64,000 bases of DNA from an uncultured archaeon (lineage in GTDB: Archaea > Thermoproteota > Bathyarchaeia > Bathyarchaeales > Bathycorpusculaceae), in the NCBI GenBank assembly GCA_963782915.1, contig CAWALK010000019.1:64001-128000 (forward strand). Reading direction: 5' to 3'. Position 1 is the stretch's first letter; the number at the start of each line of letters is the position of its first letter. A model generated the notes under the pieces. That model was given only the letters and a program-made list of their open reading frames with translations, had not been told where the DNA came from and ran no database searches. Below, piece by piece: positions 32,513 to 43,300 of this stretch. Both the position numbers and the translations under genes were made by a program.

Positions 32513-32887
32513 CTAAAGTGGGGTGAAAATACCAAAAGCTGCTCCTTGTGGATCTCTCAGGACCGCTGCTCGTCCAAACCCTGGAACCTCAGTAGGCGGA
32601 AGCAGAATCTTACCTCCCAACTCCTCAGCTTTTGTGACAGCTGCATTAACGTCTTCCACCCCAAAATAGGCAATCCAATGTGCATCCGGACCCCCTGATG
32701 GCCACCCAGAGCCCTCCGCTCTTGGTCCTACTAAGCCAGCTAATAGTTGGGCCCCATCCATGAGTGTTGGATAAGGTCCAGAAGTCGCTGTCAGCCCTGT
32801 GACCTTCTGGTAGAACTCCTTGGCCTTCTCGACATTGGTTGTCATCAACTCGTGAAATACAAATCCCTTTTTTGAAAATTGACTCAA
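32513..32887 (-). CDS. VOC family (glyoxalase/bleomycin resistance) protein
   Basis: FVFHELMTTNVEKAKEFY, WIAYFGVEDV, LGGKILLPP, RDPQGAAFGI. Confidence 0.92.
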   Translation of the reverse strand: MSQFSKKGFVFHELMTTNVEKAKEFYQKVTGLTATSGPYPTLMDGAQLLAGLVGPRAEGSGWPSGGPDAHWIAYFGVEDVNAAVTKAEELGGKILLPPTEVPGFGRAAVLRDPQGAAFGIFTPL

Positions 32888-33384
32888 AGACCTTCAGCTA
32901 TATTCGTTAAAACATTAATTTTCGTAAATTGATAAATATTATGGTTGATGTATTCAATTTAGCGATAGATTTTTTGTAAGAATTTTTCTTTTAGGAGAAA
33001 CTTTTCAATTACTAGTTAAGTGATGAGTATGCCTGACGAGTATGCCCAGAAGCTACCCGACGCCGATTTGACCAAACATGACGAAACGGAACCTTCAAAA
33101 CCTCGCCTTTGCCTAACCCAACGCTTTTCAGTAACGCCGACTCGAACTTGGCGCTTTCCATTTGAATATGCGCTGGTATGCAGAAAAGTAGTTTTCGCCC
33201 GAAACTCTCACTAATCCATCTTGTACGCCAGAAAGAACCTTCACGGGATAAATGCCCTTAAGGTAAAACTCCCGTTGTTGGGAATCAACCGTAGAAGTTA
33301 TGGGGAATCCCTCCCTTCTGGGTTCAGAAATTAAAAAAAAATACGAAATTGAAGTAAGAAAAACAGTATAGATTCGTAAATATT

Positions 33385-33402
33385 ATGCCGCCGCCGAAAG
33401 GA
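33385..33402 (-). repeat. Distal att site (copy of the tRNA-Asn 3' end)
   Basis: 14-bp exact core CGCCGCCGAAAGGA shared with 52046-52059. Confidence 0.8.
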
Positions 33403-33559
33403 TGCGACGCTTTATAACGGGAAGAAACCGCCAGTTATTTTTTTATTTTATCCTAAAACGCCTAATTTAGGCATTAGCGAAGCTGCTGTTTGTTATTTAC
33501 GCCCCTTTCTTCAAAAGCTACCGTTAGCTATCCTTGACTGTGGAGTTAGGAGTTGATTT

Positions 33560-34537
33560 TTGGTGCCGTCTGATCGAACCGTTGAACCCGCTTCACGTAA
33601 AGGAGTTCAACAGTTCAAGGGCAAAAATGAACTCTTAGGGTTTTCACAGCGGGGTCTGCGGATTCTTCGGGTTTTAGGTACGCCTGATTGCACTGCAAGC
33701 GATGCCTCCAAGATTGTTGGATGCTCCAAGAGCTTGGTTTCTCATTGGAAAGACCATGCCATAAAAGTTGGCGCCCTACGGTTGCAGACAGACGGGATAG
33801 TGAAGTATTATGAGCTCACACCTTTTGGGGCTAAATTTCTTGCGTGTTCAACCGATTTCACTACGGGTGAGCACTGTAATGCGATGGGTGCGGTTCATGT
33901 CTTGGAGGATCACGCGGTCAAATTTGAGATTCTCAAAGAAGAAGACAAGACGCATCCTATCGATTGGAAAAAGCTTGGTCAACCTCGTAACTGGGTTAAG
34001 CTGGGCTTTAAGCTGGGAGACGTCCGGGTGGTCAAAACTTCGCGGCATATTATTATTCATCCAGGTAAGCTTCGGGATTTTAACGCTGATTGTCTTCTGG
34101 TTATGGCTGGTGAGATTGTTGGTCGAGTCCGCTTGGAGCTTATGACGCGTTTTGGTATGGTTCTTAGCGAGGAGGGCACTCCGCTGCATGATCCTGTCTG
34201 GGAAGTTTTCACTCCAGAGGCCGAGGCGCTAAATGGCGCTGGAACATTTAAAGTCCATATGGCAGATGGCGCCATAGGCGGGTTGGATAATAGTCCACCT
34301 GATCGCAAACGTCATTTCGAGTATAACCGAAAGGAGTTGGCGGTGGCGGCTGTGCGGAGCCCGGAGCTTTTTGTAGAGTTAGCCCAAAAAGTGGATGTGC
34401 TGATTCAGACTGTAAATGGGTTGGTTACAGTTAACGAGAAACTGGTTGGTTTACTTACCGAATCTTTGGGTTTACCGGGGAAAGACGGCAACAAAGCCGT
34501 CAAGATTGGAAGCGGAGGGAACAGCTATGTCAGCTAA
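33560..34537 (+). CDS. wHTH-containing protein, putative replication initiator of the element
   Basis: N-terminal HTH (TASDASKIVGCSKSLVSHWK...YELTPFG), then HAVKF, RNW, DNSP..HFEY and a C-terminal coiled coil; first gene after att. Confidence 0.5.
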   Translation: MVPSDRTVEPASRKGVQQFKGKNELLGFSQRGLRILRVLGTPDCTASDASKIVGCSKSLVSHWKDHAIKVGALRLQTDGIVKYYELTPFGAKFLACSTDFTTGEHCNAMGAVHVLEDHAVKFEILKEEDKTHPIDWKKLGQPRNWVKLGFKLGDVRVVKTSRHIIIHPGKLRDFNADCLLVMAGEIVGRVRLELMTRFGMVLSEEGTPLHDPVWEVFTPEAEALNGAGTFKVHMADGAIGGLDNSPPDRKRHFEYNRKELAVAAVRSPELFVELAQKVDVLIQTVNGLVTVNEKLVGLLTESLGLPGKDGNKAVKIGSGGNSYVS

Positions 34538-34694
34538 ATCTAGTCTTGACAATGCGCTGATGGAAGTAAAAAGCTGTTCAAAAGCCGTTTTGGCAGCATG
34601 CTCGTGGGCATGGGAAAAGTCCATGCTTTTCAGGAGTCGCTTTTCTACGGTTGCTTGGTGTAGATGCCAGAGCGTTAAGAGTTGCCTGTGCTGA
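34527..34694 (+). CDS. Small hypothetical protein
   Basis: 55 aa, overlaps the upstream gene and abuts the downstream gene. Confidence 0.3.
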   Translation: MSAKSSLDNALMEVKSCSKAVLAACSWAWEKSMLFRSRFSTVAWCRCQSVKSCLC

Positions 34695-35231
34695 ATGGAG
34701 CGAAAACCTTGGAGTGTGCACTTTGACATGGAAGCAAGTGATGAACCTGTTCAAAACACGGCAATTTCAGCCCAAAAAGCGGCAAAAAAGAAGCGCAGCC
34801 AAGCCGACAAGGTTGGAAAACTCAAGTACCTACTCGCCAAGGACAAGAAACTCGACCGCGACGTAGCCGAAATAAAACTGATACTACGGGTTATCTTTGC
34901 TGGCCTGAAGGATTCCTTGCATTTTGAGAAGTCACTTATCGAAGAGGCAGCCTGCCAAGACGAGATTGACAAAGCCATTCTTCAGTTGCTGTTTGAAGCA
35001 GGCGCTCCAGGGCTGCTGCCCAAAGACATAGCCGCCAAATTGGCTGAATTCAAGATTGCCCGGCATCAGGTCACTCGACGGATTGTACGCATGAATAAGC
35101 GGCTAGCTAAGGAATTGGATTCGGCGGTTGTTGAGCGGCGGGGTTGGTGCTGGGCGATGACAAGTTTTGGCGTAGACGCTTACAAAGCATCAGAGAAGGA
35201 CTTACTAGCCGAAGGAGTGAACTCTACATAG
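34695..35231 (+). CDS. Winged-helix DNA-binding protein
   Basis: DEIDKAILQLL..GLLPKDIA...RHQVTRRIVRMNKRL...VERRGWCWAMT. Confidence 0.7.
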   Translation: MERKPWSVHFDMEASDEPVQNTAISAQKAAKKKRSQADKVGKLKYLLAKDKKLDRDVAEIKLILRVIFAGLKDSLHFEKSLIEEAACQDEIDKAILQLLFEAGAPGLLPKDIAAKLAEFKIARHQVTRRIVRMNKRLAKELDSAVVERRGWCWAMTSFGVDAYKASEKDLLAEGVNST

Positions 35232-35256
35232 TGCTACTGAAGAGGAGACATAGCTT

Positions 35257-35442
35257 ATGGCGTTGACTGAGCGCGAGCGGAAGATTCTGCAGTTGAACGC
35301 CGAGGGGTTAAGTGATTATCAAATTGCAAAGAAGTTAAAGATAGAAACGCCTAACGTTTATCGTGCACGGAAGACCGCACTCAGAAAGCTCGATCGAGCA
35401 AGAGCAGATTTGTCGTTTGCTGATAGCCTTAAAAGAAAATAA
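35257..35442 (+). CDS. LuxR/sigma70-r4 type HTH protein
   Basis: LTERERKILQLNAEGLSDYQIAKKLKIETPNV. Confidence 0.8.
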   Translation: MALTERERKILQLNAEGLSDYQIAKKLKIETPNVYRARKTALRKLDRARADLSFADSLKRK

Positions 35443-35595
35443 GTTAGAAAGCAGCGTAATGGCTAAGACCAAACAATTTAGTACAAAAATTCTTTTCCAA
35501 CTTCATTTCTTAGCGAATTCTAATCCGTACAGCCTTTTGTATAGATAGCCAACAACTTGAATCTGGCAGACCCGCTTTTTTCCAAGTTTTCTTTG

Positions 35596-36588
35596 TCAGG
35601 TACTGTTACTATGCTCCAAAGTTATTACAATTTTTCCTCGTGGATGTCCTTCTTCAAAATACTGGAAAGCTTCAGCAGCCTCATTTAGCGGGTAACGTCT
35701 ATCTATGACAGGAACTAATTTGCCGGATTCTATAAGATCTTTTATAAAATCCAAATCTTCTTTATTATTCGGTTTCCAAGCCATAAGACTCATTTTCTTA
35801 CTACCAACCAAGGAAATTAATGGACCTAGAAACAAAGTTTGGAAAATTGTAAATCTGGAACCCCCAACTAAAGAATAAATTCCATTGGAACTTAATGCAC
35901 GCCTATAATCGAAAATCATATGATATCCTGCAATATCAAGAATCAGGTCATAATGTTGCCCATTTTTTGTGAAATCTTCCTGAGTGTAATCGATAACATG
36001 GTCTGCACCAATCGAACGAAGCATGTCAAATTTTTTTGAATTGTCCACACCAGTTACTTCAGCTCCAAAGTACTTCGCAATTTGGACCGCAAATGGACCT
36101 ACGCCACCACCAGCACCATTAATCAAAACCTTTTGTCCTGACTGAATCCGTCTTTTATTGCGAAGACCTTGGAGGGCAATGATTGCTCTTGAGGGTATTG
36201 TTGCTGCTTCCTCGAATGACAAACTAACCGGTTTCAACGCTAAAGCTTTTTCAGGGGCGCATACAAACTCAGCAAAAGCACCAAAACCATAATTGAATAA
36301 GTCCCCAAATACCTCATCACCCGGATGGAATTGCTTTACGTTTGTACCAACCGCTTCAACCCGACCCGCTATGTCAAATCCGAGTACCTTGTATTTTGGT
36401 TTTAGAGGACCCAAGAAACGAGCAGACCATGCCCTTCCTCTCAGAAAATCCAGGTCTTCTACATTTAGGGATGCCGCATATACTTTTATTAGTACTTCGT
36501 TGTCTTTTGGAGTTGGTTTTTCTATGTCTTTAAGTTGAAGAACATCTGGCGGCCCGTATTTTGTGCACACAACCGCTTTCATTTTCAT
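35596..36588 (-). CDS. NAD(P)-dependent alcohol dehydrogenase / quinone reductase (MDR family)
   Basis: YGPPDVL, GFDIAG, VLINGAGGGVG, PVIDRRYPL, RGKIVI. Confidence 0.92.
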   Translation of the reverse strand: MKMKAVVCTKYGPPDVLQLKDIEKPTPKDNEVLIKVYAASLNVEDLDFLRGRAWSARFLGPLKPKYKVLGFDIAGRVEAVGTNVKQFHPGDEVFGDLFNYGFGAFAEFVCAPEKALALKPVSLSFEEAATIPSRAIIALQGLRNKRRIQSGQKVLINGAGGGVGPFAVQIAKYFGAEVTGVDNSKKFDMLRSIGADHVIDYTQEDFTKNGQHYDLILDIAGYHMIFDYRRALSSNGIYSLVGGSRFTIFQTLFLGPLISLVGSKKMSLMAWKPNNKEDLDFIKDLIESGKLVPVIDRRYPLNEAAEAFQYFEEGHPRGKIVITLEHSNST

Positions 36589-36831
36589 GCATTCAATTTA
36601 CTCTTAAGGTGTATAAAAATTCTCTTTGGCATATGAGATTGAAGTATACATCTAACATAGTGTGTCAAACGTAACACCATTAAGTCTATTGTCGCACCCG
36701 CATTCTTAATCCAAAAATTGAAAATGTCAGTTAATTTAGCGCAAAATGTTACATTATCCTGTTTTTGATATTATCGTGTTTAGGCTCTCAAGCCATTAAT
36801 CTTTAGTCACGGCTTATTTTTGCGATTAGTT

Positions 36832-36996
36832 ATGTCTCAGGATGGCTCTGGCGGTAAGGATTGTAAGCATGTTCGTGAGCGTATAGCTTCGCTTTCATCG
36901 ATTAAGGTTCTTAAGGCTGCCTCATGTATGCCGTTGAGTATCTCTGGTGTATTTGGCTGTATAGTTAGGGCTTTTCTGGTGGGGAAAAAACAATGA
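36832..36996 (+). CDS. Small hypothetical protein coupled to the next ORF
   Basis: 54 aa, ATGA overlap with 36993. Confidence 0.3.
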   Translation: MSQDGSGGKDCKHVRERIASLSSIKVLKAASCMPLSISGVFGCIVRAFLVGKKQ

Positions 36997-37451
36997 ATGG
37001 AAAAGTTTGGACACCTGAGCAAGAAAAACAACTAAAGAAGTTAATTGAGGAACATGCATCTTTGCCGGCTATTGCTAAGACTTTAGGTAAATCTTTGGAG
37101 GCTGTACGTTCAAAGGCTAAGCGTCTTGGCTTAGTTGATGATGACCAGAAGAAAAAAAATCAGCGGTCATCATCATCTATTACTGCTGAGCTTGTTTTGC
37201 CCCAGGAGCTGTTTAGTGTTGAGGAGGTTCTAAAGGAGCTTCATGCTGCTGTATTAGGCTTGAAGGCGCCTGGGCTAGAGAAAACCGAAGTCATCCGACT
37301 ACGAGGGATCATAGCAGGTTGTAAGGTGTACAAGGAGATGCTTACTGACTACATGGACTATCGTGGTCTTGAGGCTGAGTTGATGGAGTGGCGGGAAAAA
37401 TATGATGCCCTATCAAAGACTATGGGAGATTCTACTAAACCAGCTCCTTAA
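36993..37451 (+). CDS. Myb/HTH-like DNA-binding protein with an internal DNA palindrome
   Basis: WTPEQEKQLKKL...IAKTLGKSLEAVRSKAKRLGL; inverted repeat at 37132-37179. Confidence 0.7.
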   Translation: MNGKVWTPEQEKQLKKLIEEHASLPAIAKTLGKSLEAVRSKAKRLGLVDDDQKKKNQRSSSSITAELVLPQELFSVEEVLKELHAAVLGLKAPGLEKTEVIRLRGIIAGCKVYKEMLTDYMDYRGLEAELMEWREKYDALSKTMGDSTKPAP

Positions 37452-37492
37452 TGAACGGTATGCTTTGCGTGCTGATTAAGAGTTGGCGGTTA

Positions 37493-38317
37493 TTATTTTA
37501 GTAAGAATTTGTGTGGTTTACTTGATTTATCAATTGTAATTAGCCCTTTGTCTGCTAATCTGTTGAACTCTGCTCGGATGAAGCTTTGTGGCTCCTTGAT
37601 TTCTTGAGCTATGCTTCGGACGGTGTGGTTTCCCTTTTGGATTTGCTTTATTAGCGTTGTTTCAATAATCTTTTGTTCTGCCGTTTTCCTTAGGGGTTTT
37701 TCGATTGGAGATTCAATGCTGTGACGTGCTTTGAGATCCAATAGGTTTTGGTAGAGTGCATCTTCCCAACAAACAGCCGAAACTTTAGACTGGCTCTTGC
37801 ATTCTTGACTTATGATTTCCCAATTAAGACCTGATTGGGCAAGTATTCGCATGTCATCTAAATCAGCTTCTCGCTCAGTGATTCCTTTGAAGAGAAAGAG
37901 GTCTTCTTTTGAAGCTATGCTGACTTTTAGGTGGTTGCCTTGGTAGAGTGAGGTTGCTCTTGTCTGCATTTCGCAAGATAATGTTAGGGCGTTGCAGACT
38001 CTGCGCAAGAATAGATCCCATCTGAAGCCGTCCGGATTTTCTATCATGGCATTGGTTTGCATTTTATTGTATGGTCTAGTGATGAGAACGGGGTTTGGCT
38101 CTTTGTAACCTATTACTTTGAGGGTTGTTTGCAGGTTGTTTAGGTCGCCTTGGCTGGTAAGGATTATGTCTATGTCTTTTGTAGCGGCTTTTAGACCGTA
38201 GAATGCCATGGCGCCTCCGCCTATAAGGTAAAGTGTCATGGACTCTTTTGCTATAGCATCTAATTTGTCGAATTCTTGTTTGAGATAGTCTTTGTCAAAT
38301 GAGCGCCTTTGTGTCAT
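37493..38317 (-). CDS. Nucleotidyltransferase (DUF6036/AbiEii-like) with C-terminal wHTH
   Basis: YLIGGGAM..GLKAATKDIDI (GG...DxD), LFLFK...READLDD. Confidence 0.8.
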   Translation of the reverse strand: MTQRRSFDKDYLKQEFDKLDAIAKESMTLYLIGGGAMAFYGLKAATKDIDIILTSQGDLNNLQTTLKVIGYKEPNPVLITRPYNKMQTNAMIENPDGFRWDLFLRRVCNALTLSCEMQTRATSLYQGNHLKVSIASKEDLFLFKGITEREADLDDMRILAQSGLNWEIISQECKSQSKVSAVCWEDALYQNLLDLKARHSIESPIEKPLRKTAEQKIIETTLIKQIQKGNHTVRSIAQEIKEPQSFIRAEFNRLADKGLITIDKSSKPHKFLLK

Positions 38318-39252
38318 TCAGTCATTACCCCATATTCTTTTGCTTTGATAACGAACTCTTCCCAAGCAGGTAGAGCGTGATCTGGGAGGCGTTTATGACT
38401 TTCTAAGAATTGCAGCATCGCGAATAAATCATCGTTGAGCCCTAGCCGTTGAGCCTCTTGCTGCAGATAGAGTCTATCAATACATCCTTCAGTTTTCTTA
38501 AGCAGTAGGAGCGCATAAGTAACATAGCGAACGTTTTTTGGCTCTATGAGTAGCGTATGCAAAACGACGTCTTCTAGTCGTATAGACTGTTTGTTGACCG
38601 AATAGAAGTACACATCAAAGTCGGTAAAAAGGGGCAAGCCATATTCTCCAAACATGGAGATCGATGTCTTGTGGAAATTTTGAGGGATTTCCTTTACTTC
38701 TTTTGGGCCTCTTACTAAAAATTCCATGTCCTGTTGCCAGAGAATTACAGAGTTATCAGAGATTGTGCTTGCAGCTTTCTTGGCAAAGAAGCCTTGGTAC
38801 TCTTCTAAAAATTCTGAGAGACCCTTGAACTGAGAATTAATTGTGCCTTCTTGTGTAATTATTCCTCTTGATTTTAGGTTTCTGCTGTATCGCCAAAGGG
38901 TGTTTCGGGGAATGCTCGTAAACTTGCCATGACCTGTTAGGAACTGAAACAGGATCTCTATCCCCTTACCGCTCAGCAGGTTATCCCAATCAACATACTC
39001 GTAGATCGATAATAAACTCTTCAGAAGTATGGCATGTTTCGCGTTGCTAAATGATATTTGTTTTTTTGCACCCTTATGAGTGAGCTTTATCAGACCTTTG
39101 CTTTGCAATTTTTTGAGGTTGTATGTTAGGAGTGAGGGCTTAACCGAGAGCTTCTCTTGAATTGATGATAGCTCATAGTTTCCTCTGGTCATTTCTTTCA
39201 GTATCTGTAGTTCCGCTTTGCTGAATGCGTACTCGCCGGCGGATGTTTTCAT
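38314..39252 (-). CDS. wHTH regulator / AbiEi-like antitoxin partner
   Basis: N-terminal wHTH, second HTH, TSISMFGEYGL, EDVVLHTL; ATGA overlap with the NTase gene. Confidence 0.65.
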   Translation of the reverse strand: MKTSAGEYAFSKAELQILKEMTRGNYELSSIQEKLSVKPSLLTYNLKKLQSKGLIKLTHKGAKKQISFSNAKHAILLKSLLSIYEYVDWDNLLSGKGIEILFQFLTGHGKFTSIPRNTLWRYSRNLKSRGIITQEGTINSQFKGLSEFLEEYQGFFAKKAASTISDNSVILWQQDMEFLVRGPKEVKEIPQNFHKTSISMFGEYGLPLFTDFDVYFYSVNKQSIRLEDVVLHTLLIEPKNVRYVTYALLLLKKTEGCIDRLYLQQEAQRLGLNDDLFAMLQFLESHKRLPDHALPAWEEFVIKAKEYGVMTE

Positions 39253-39789
39253 AGCTGTTCCATTATATTGAAATTATATTTAAGTTTTTCAGTTTAATGG
39301 AACATAAAAAGTGATTGATCAATTAATCACCAAATTTTCAAGGTAGGATAGAGACGGCTTGAAAGTAGCCACTGGTTTTCCCTCAAAGGTTCTGGTTAGT
39401 TTGACTCGAATATGGCTGTGTCGTTTGGTGTATCTTGGTATGTACAGTCTGCTTTTTCTATGGGTTCGGCGCGTGTGGTTACTTTGTAAACTTGGTCTTC
39501 TGGGCTGTTTGGGTATCTTTGTCTTTGGTTGATCCGCTGTCCTGATAGGGTACTGCTCCATCCTGGTAAGTTAAATGCTATGATTACTTGCTTACTAAAG
39601 GTCGGGTAAATAACTTCGCTAACATGGGAAAGGCAATTATTGCCATTAGCTAAGAGGTTGAGGCGTCGCATGCTTTTGAAATGCAGGCGTTGCCTCTTAC
39701 CGCAAGGCTAATTCTCAAAGTTAAGAATACTTAGACGTAGTCGACGGTAACGCCCATAGAACTACTGCTTCTATTTGAAAGAGAGATAG

Positions 39790-40283
39790 TCATCTTAGAT
39801 GATAATAACCAGAAGAAAATTCGTTGTTCATTATCATCTACTACTGCTGGCTCCCACCCAAAATTTTACGGCGTTCTTGCGGAACTCCTCAGCGCGGACT
39901 ACTCAGCAACAGACCCGAAATCTCGGTCAACCCATGGGAAAAACAGCAAGCCCGCAGCCCCGGGGAGAGGTCTAAGCTTACCGCTTTCCCCAGAGCTGCC
40001 TACACAAAATAGCCCTATCATCGAGTCAGTTTATAAGAATTAACATATAGCCTATGTTCGAATCCCACATGAGGCGGGCTCTACAGGTCTGTTGCCCAAA
40101 GACATACAGATTGAACTTGAGCGCTTTCAAGTCACTCGCCACCAGATAAGCAGAAGAATCTTGAGAATGAACAAACGCCTGGAAAAAGAAATCGGAGAAC
40201 ACATAGCTGAGAAAAGAGGCTGGCATTGGGCACTGACCAGTTTTGCGCTTGATGCCTGGGGCAAGGCTGAAAACGAGAATTAG
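39790..40283 (+). pseudogene. Decayed duplicates of the 36993 and 34695 genes
   Basis: 39796-39850 aligns with 37132-37190; 40092-40283 encodes LPKDI...RHQISRRILRMNKRL...EKRGWHWALTSF, matching the C-terminus of 34695. Confidence 0.75.
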
Positions 40284-40359
40284 AAACCTTATATTTAGGT
40301 ACAAACCCGAATTCTTTATTTTAATTAAGAAAAAGGCTTTTAGTATTAATGGTATAAGG

Positions 40360-43300
40360 ATGACTTCATTGCGGAACTTGGTGGATTCTTTGCCTGAAAG
40401 TGAAGAAATTAATGCTGCAAGCCTTGAAAACCAGCCGACAAAGTTAGAGCTTGACCTGTTTTTCGACTACTCTTTGGATTTGCTGGTTCTTGTCGGATTT
40501 GACAATTGCTTCAAGCAAGTTAGTCCCTCCTTCGAAAGAATTTTAGGTTGGACAAAAGAAGAAGTAATCTCAAAGTCATTTTATAAAATTTCTTCATCCA
40601 GACGACATTCAAAAAACCCAGACTGAAGTTAAAGCTCACGAAACAGGCAAGAATACAATTCTCTTCGAAAATAGATACCGCTGCAAAGACGGCTCATACA
40701 AATGGATATCATGGAACTCCCATCCGTTACCAGAAAAACAAATAATCATTGGCATAGGACGAGATATAACAGACCGTAAACAAGCTGAAGAAGCGTTTCG
40801 TCTTAGTGAGGAGCGTTTCTCTAAAGTATTTCGCTTAAGTCCGTTTGCAGTGATTATAACGCGTTACAGTGACGGTACCTATATTGATGTTAACGATACC
40901 TTCCTGAAAATGTTTGAGTTCTCCCGAAATGAAGTGATAGGTCATACAGCAAATGAAATCAAAATCTACGCTAACCCTAACGGAAGAGCGGCTTATTTGG
41001 CTGCTTTCAAGAACGGGCGTGTCACCGATTTTGAGGTAGATTTGAAAACAAAAAATGGTAAACCAATTAAAGCTTTGGGTTTTGCAGAGATTATTAACAT
41101 TAATGGTCAAGACCTAACTATTGGTACACTAGTTGATATTACTGAACGCAAGAAAGCTGAAGACGATTTAAAAGAACAGTCTTGGCCGTGAACATTTCCT
41201 TGCTCAGCTTGTTAGAGATGCTTCGGTTGCTGTCGGCGTGGGTTACCCTGATGGTCGATTAGGCTTAGTTAATGATGCCTTTGAAAAGCTTACAGGATAC
41301 AGCAAGGAAGAGTTGCAGAAAATTAGTTGGAACGTTATTTTGACGCCTTCTGAATATAGAGAGTATGAGAAAGCAAAGTTAGCTGAAGTAAACCAAACAA
41401 AAAAGCCAGTTCGTTATGAGAAAGAATACATACGTAAAGATGGCTCAAGGGTTCCAATAGAGCTAACGGTACATCCATTCCTTGATGAAGAAGGAAACGT
41501 AACCTCGTATTTCTCATTCATAATGGACATATCGGATCGCAAGAAAGCCGAAGAGAAACTGCGGCAAAGTGAGGAACGGTTCCGTTTTGCACTTAAGAAT
41601 GCGCCCGTGTCTGTGGCGGTGCAAGATTGTGAGCTTAGGTATATTTGGGCGTATAATCAAAAGACGGCAAATCCTGAACAAATTCTAGGCCGACGGGACA
41701 GCGAAATCTTCACCCCAGAAGAAGCTGCGCATTTAGACGTCGTTAAGCGTAGGGTTCTAAAAGAAGGCGTTGAATTACGTGAACAACAGTGGTTTAATAG
41801 GCCGTCTGGTCCAATCTTTTTGGACGTAACCTGGTCACCTCTCCATGATTCGAAAGATCAAATAATTGGTGTTTCGAGCGCAACTGTTGACCTAACAGAT
41901 ATGAAACGCGCGGAGATCGGGTTGCAAGAGAGTGAGCAGCGTTGGTCGACAACGCTGTCTAGTATTGGCGATGCAGTAATCGCAACAGACACAGCAGGCA
42001 AAACAATGTTCATGAACCGCGTGGCTGAAGAATTAACCGGTTGGACATTGAGCGAAAGTCTGCGGAAACCGGTGAAAGAGGTCTTCAATATCGTAAACGA
42101 GCAAACTCGTTTGGAGGTTGAAAACCCCATCGCTAAAGTTCTCAGGGATGGTATAGTTGTAGGCTTGGCTAACCATACCGTTTTGATACGAAAAGATGGG
42201 TCGGAAATTCCAATTGACGATAGCGGAGCTCCTATAAAAGATAAAGACGGCAAAACTACTGGGGTAGTGCTAATTTTTAGAGATATTACTGAGCGCAAGA
42301 AAGCAGAAGAAACCTTGGAAAGAGAGCGGTTTGAATTCAGAAGCATACTTGACTTTGCTCCAGTGATGATTGCTTACAAAAGCAAAGATGACCATTTTCT
42401 ACAAGTTAACTCGGCATTTGCCGATTTTGTAGGTTTGCCTAAAGAAAAAATAATTGGTAAGACGACCTTCGACTTAGTTAAGGAAAAAGATGTAGCCCAG
42501 CAAGGTCGAGACAGTGACCTGCAAGTTATGCGAACTGGGGTGTCTGTTCTAAACCAGATGATAAAATGGTCAGGTTTGTTTAGCCAAAAGCAGATTTGGG
42601 CGCTCTATTCAAAAATGCCTTTTCATGACTCTGACGGCAACGTCGTTGGAACAGTTAGTTATGTCTTAGATGTGGATGAAACTAAGAAAGCAGAAAGAAG
42701 CTCTAAGAGCGAGTGAGGAACGTTTAAGATTCCAGGTTGAAAACACTCCGGTCTAGCCGTGGTTGAATGGGACAATAATTTTGTGATTACACGTTGGGCT
42801 GGCGATGCAGAGAAAATGTTTGGTTGGACCGCCGCTGAGACTATTGGTAAGCCGATAATGGATTTGCACATGATTTACGAACCAGACATCCCTATAGTGG
42901 AACAGACCATGAAGAGGCTGACTAGCGGTGAGATTAAAGTTGTGTCTTCAAACCGCAACATAACCAAAGACGGTCGAGTAATCTATTGCACATGGTATAA
43001 TTCGGTGTTGCTTGACGATGAAAGCAAGAGGATGACCTCAGTGTTTTCTTTAATTGAGGACGAAACTGAAAAAGCTAAAGCGAAAAAAGAGCTTGAGAAA
43101 ATTAATATAAACTTGGAGAAGCTTATTGAAGAGCGAACCAGGAAACTGGAACTTAGTTCTTTGTATGCAAGAAATCTCATTGAGGCAAGTCTTGACCCTC
43201 TGGTAACAATTAGCGCTGAAGGGAAAATTACCGACGTTAACATAGCTACTGAACAGGTCACAGGAACTTCTAGAGAAGAATTGATTGGCAGTGACTTCTC

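Noticed and set aside
36163-36171. GAAGACCTT match to the R repeat end
   Set aside because: It lies inside the dehydrogenase coding sequence with none of the other repeat blocks, so it is a chance match.
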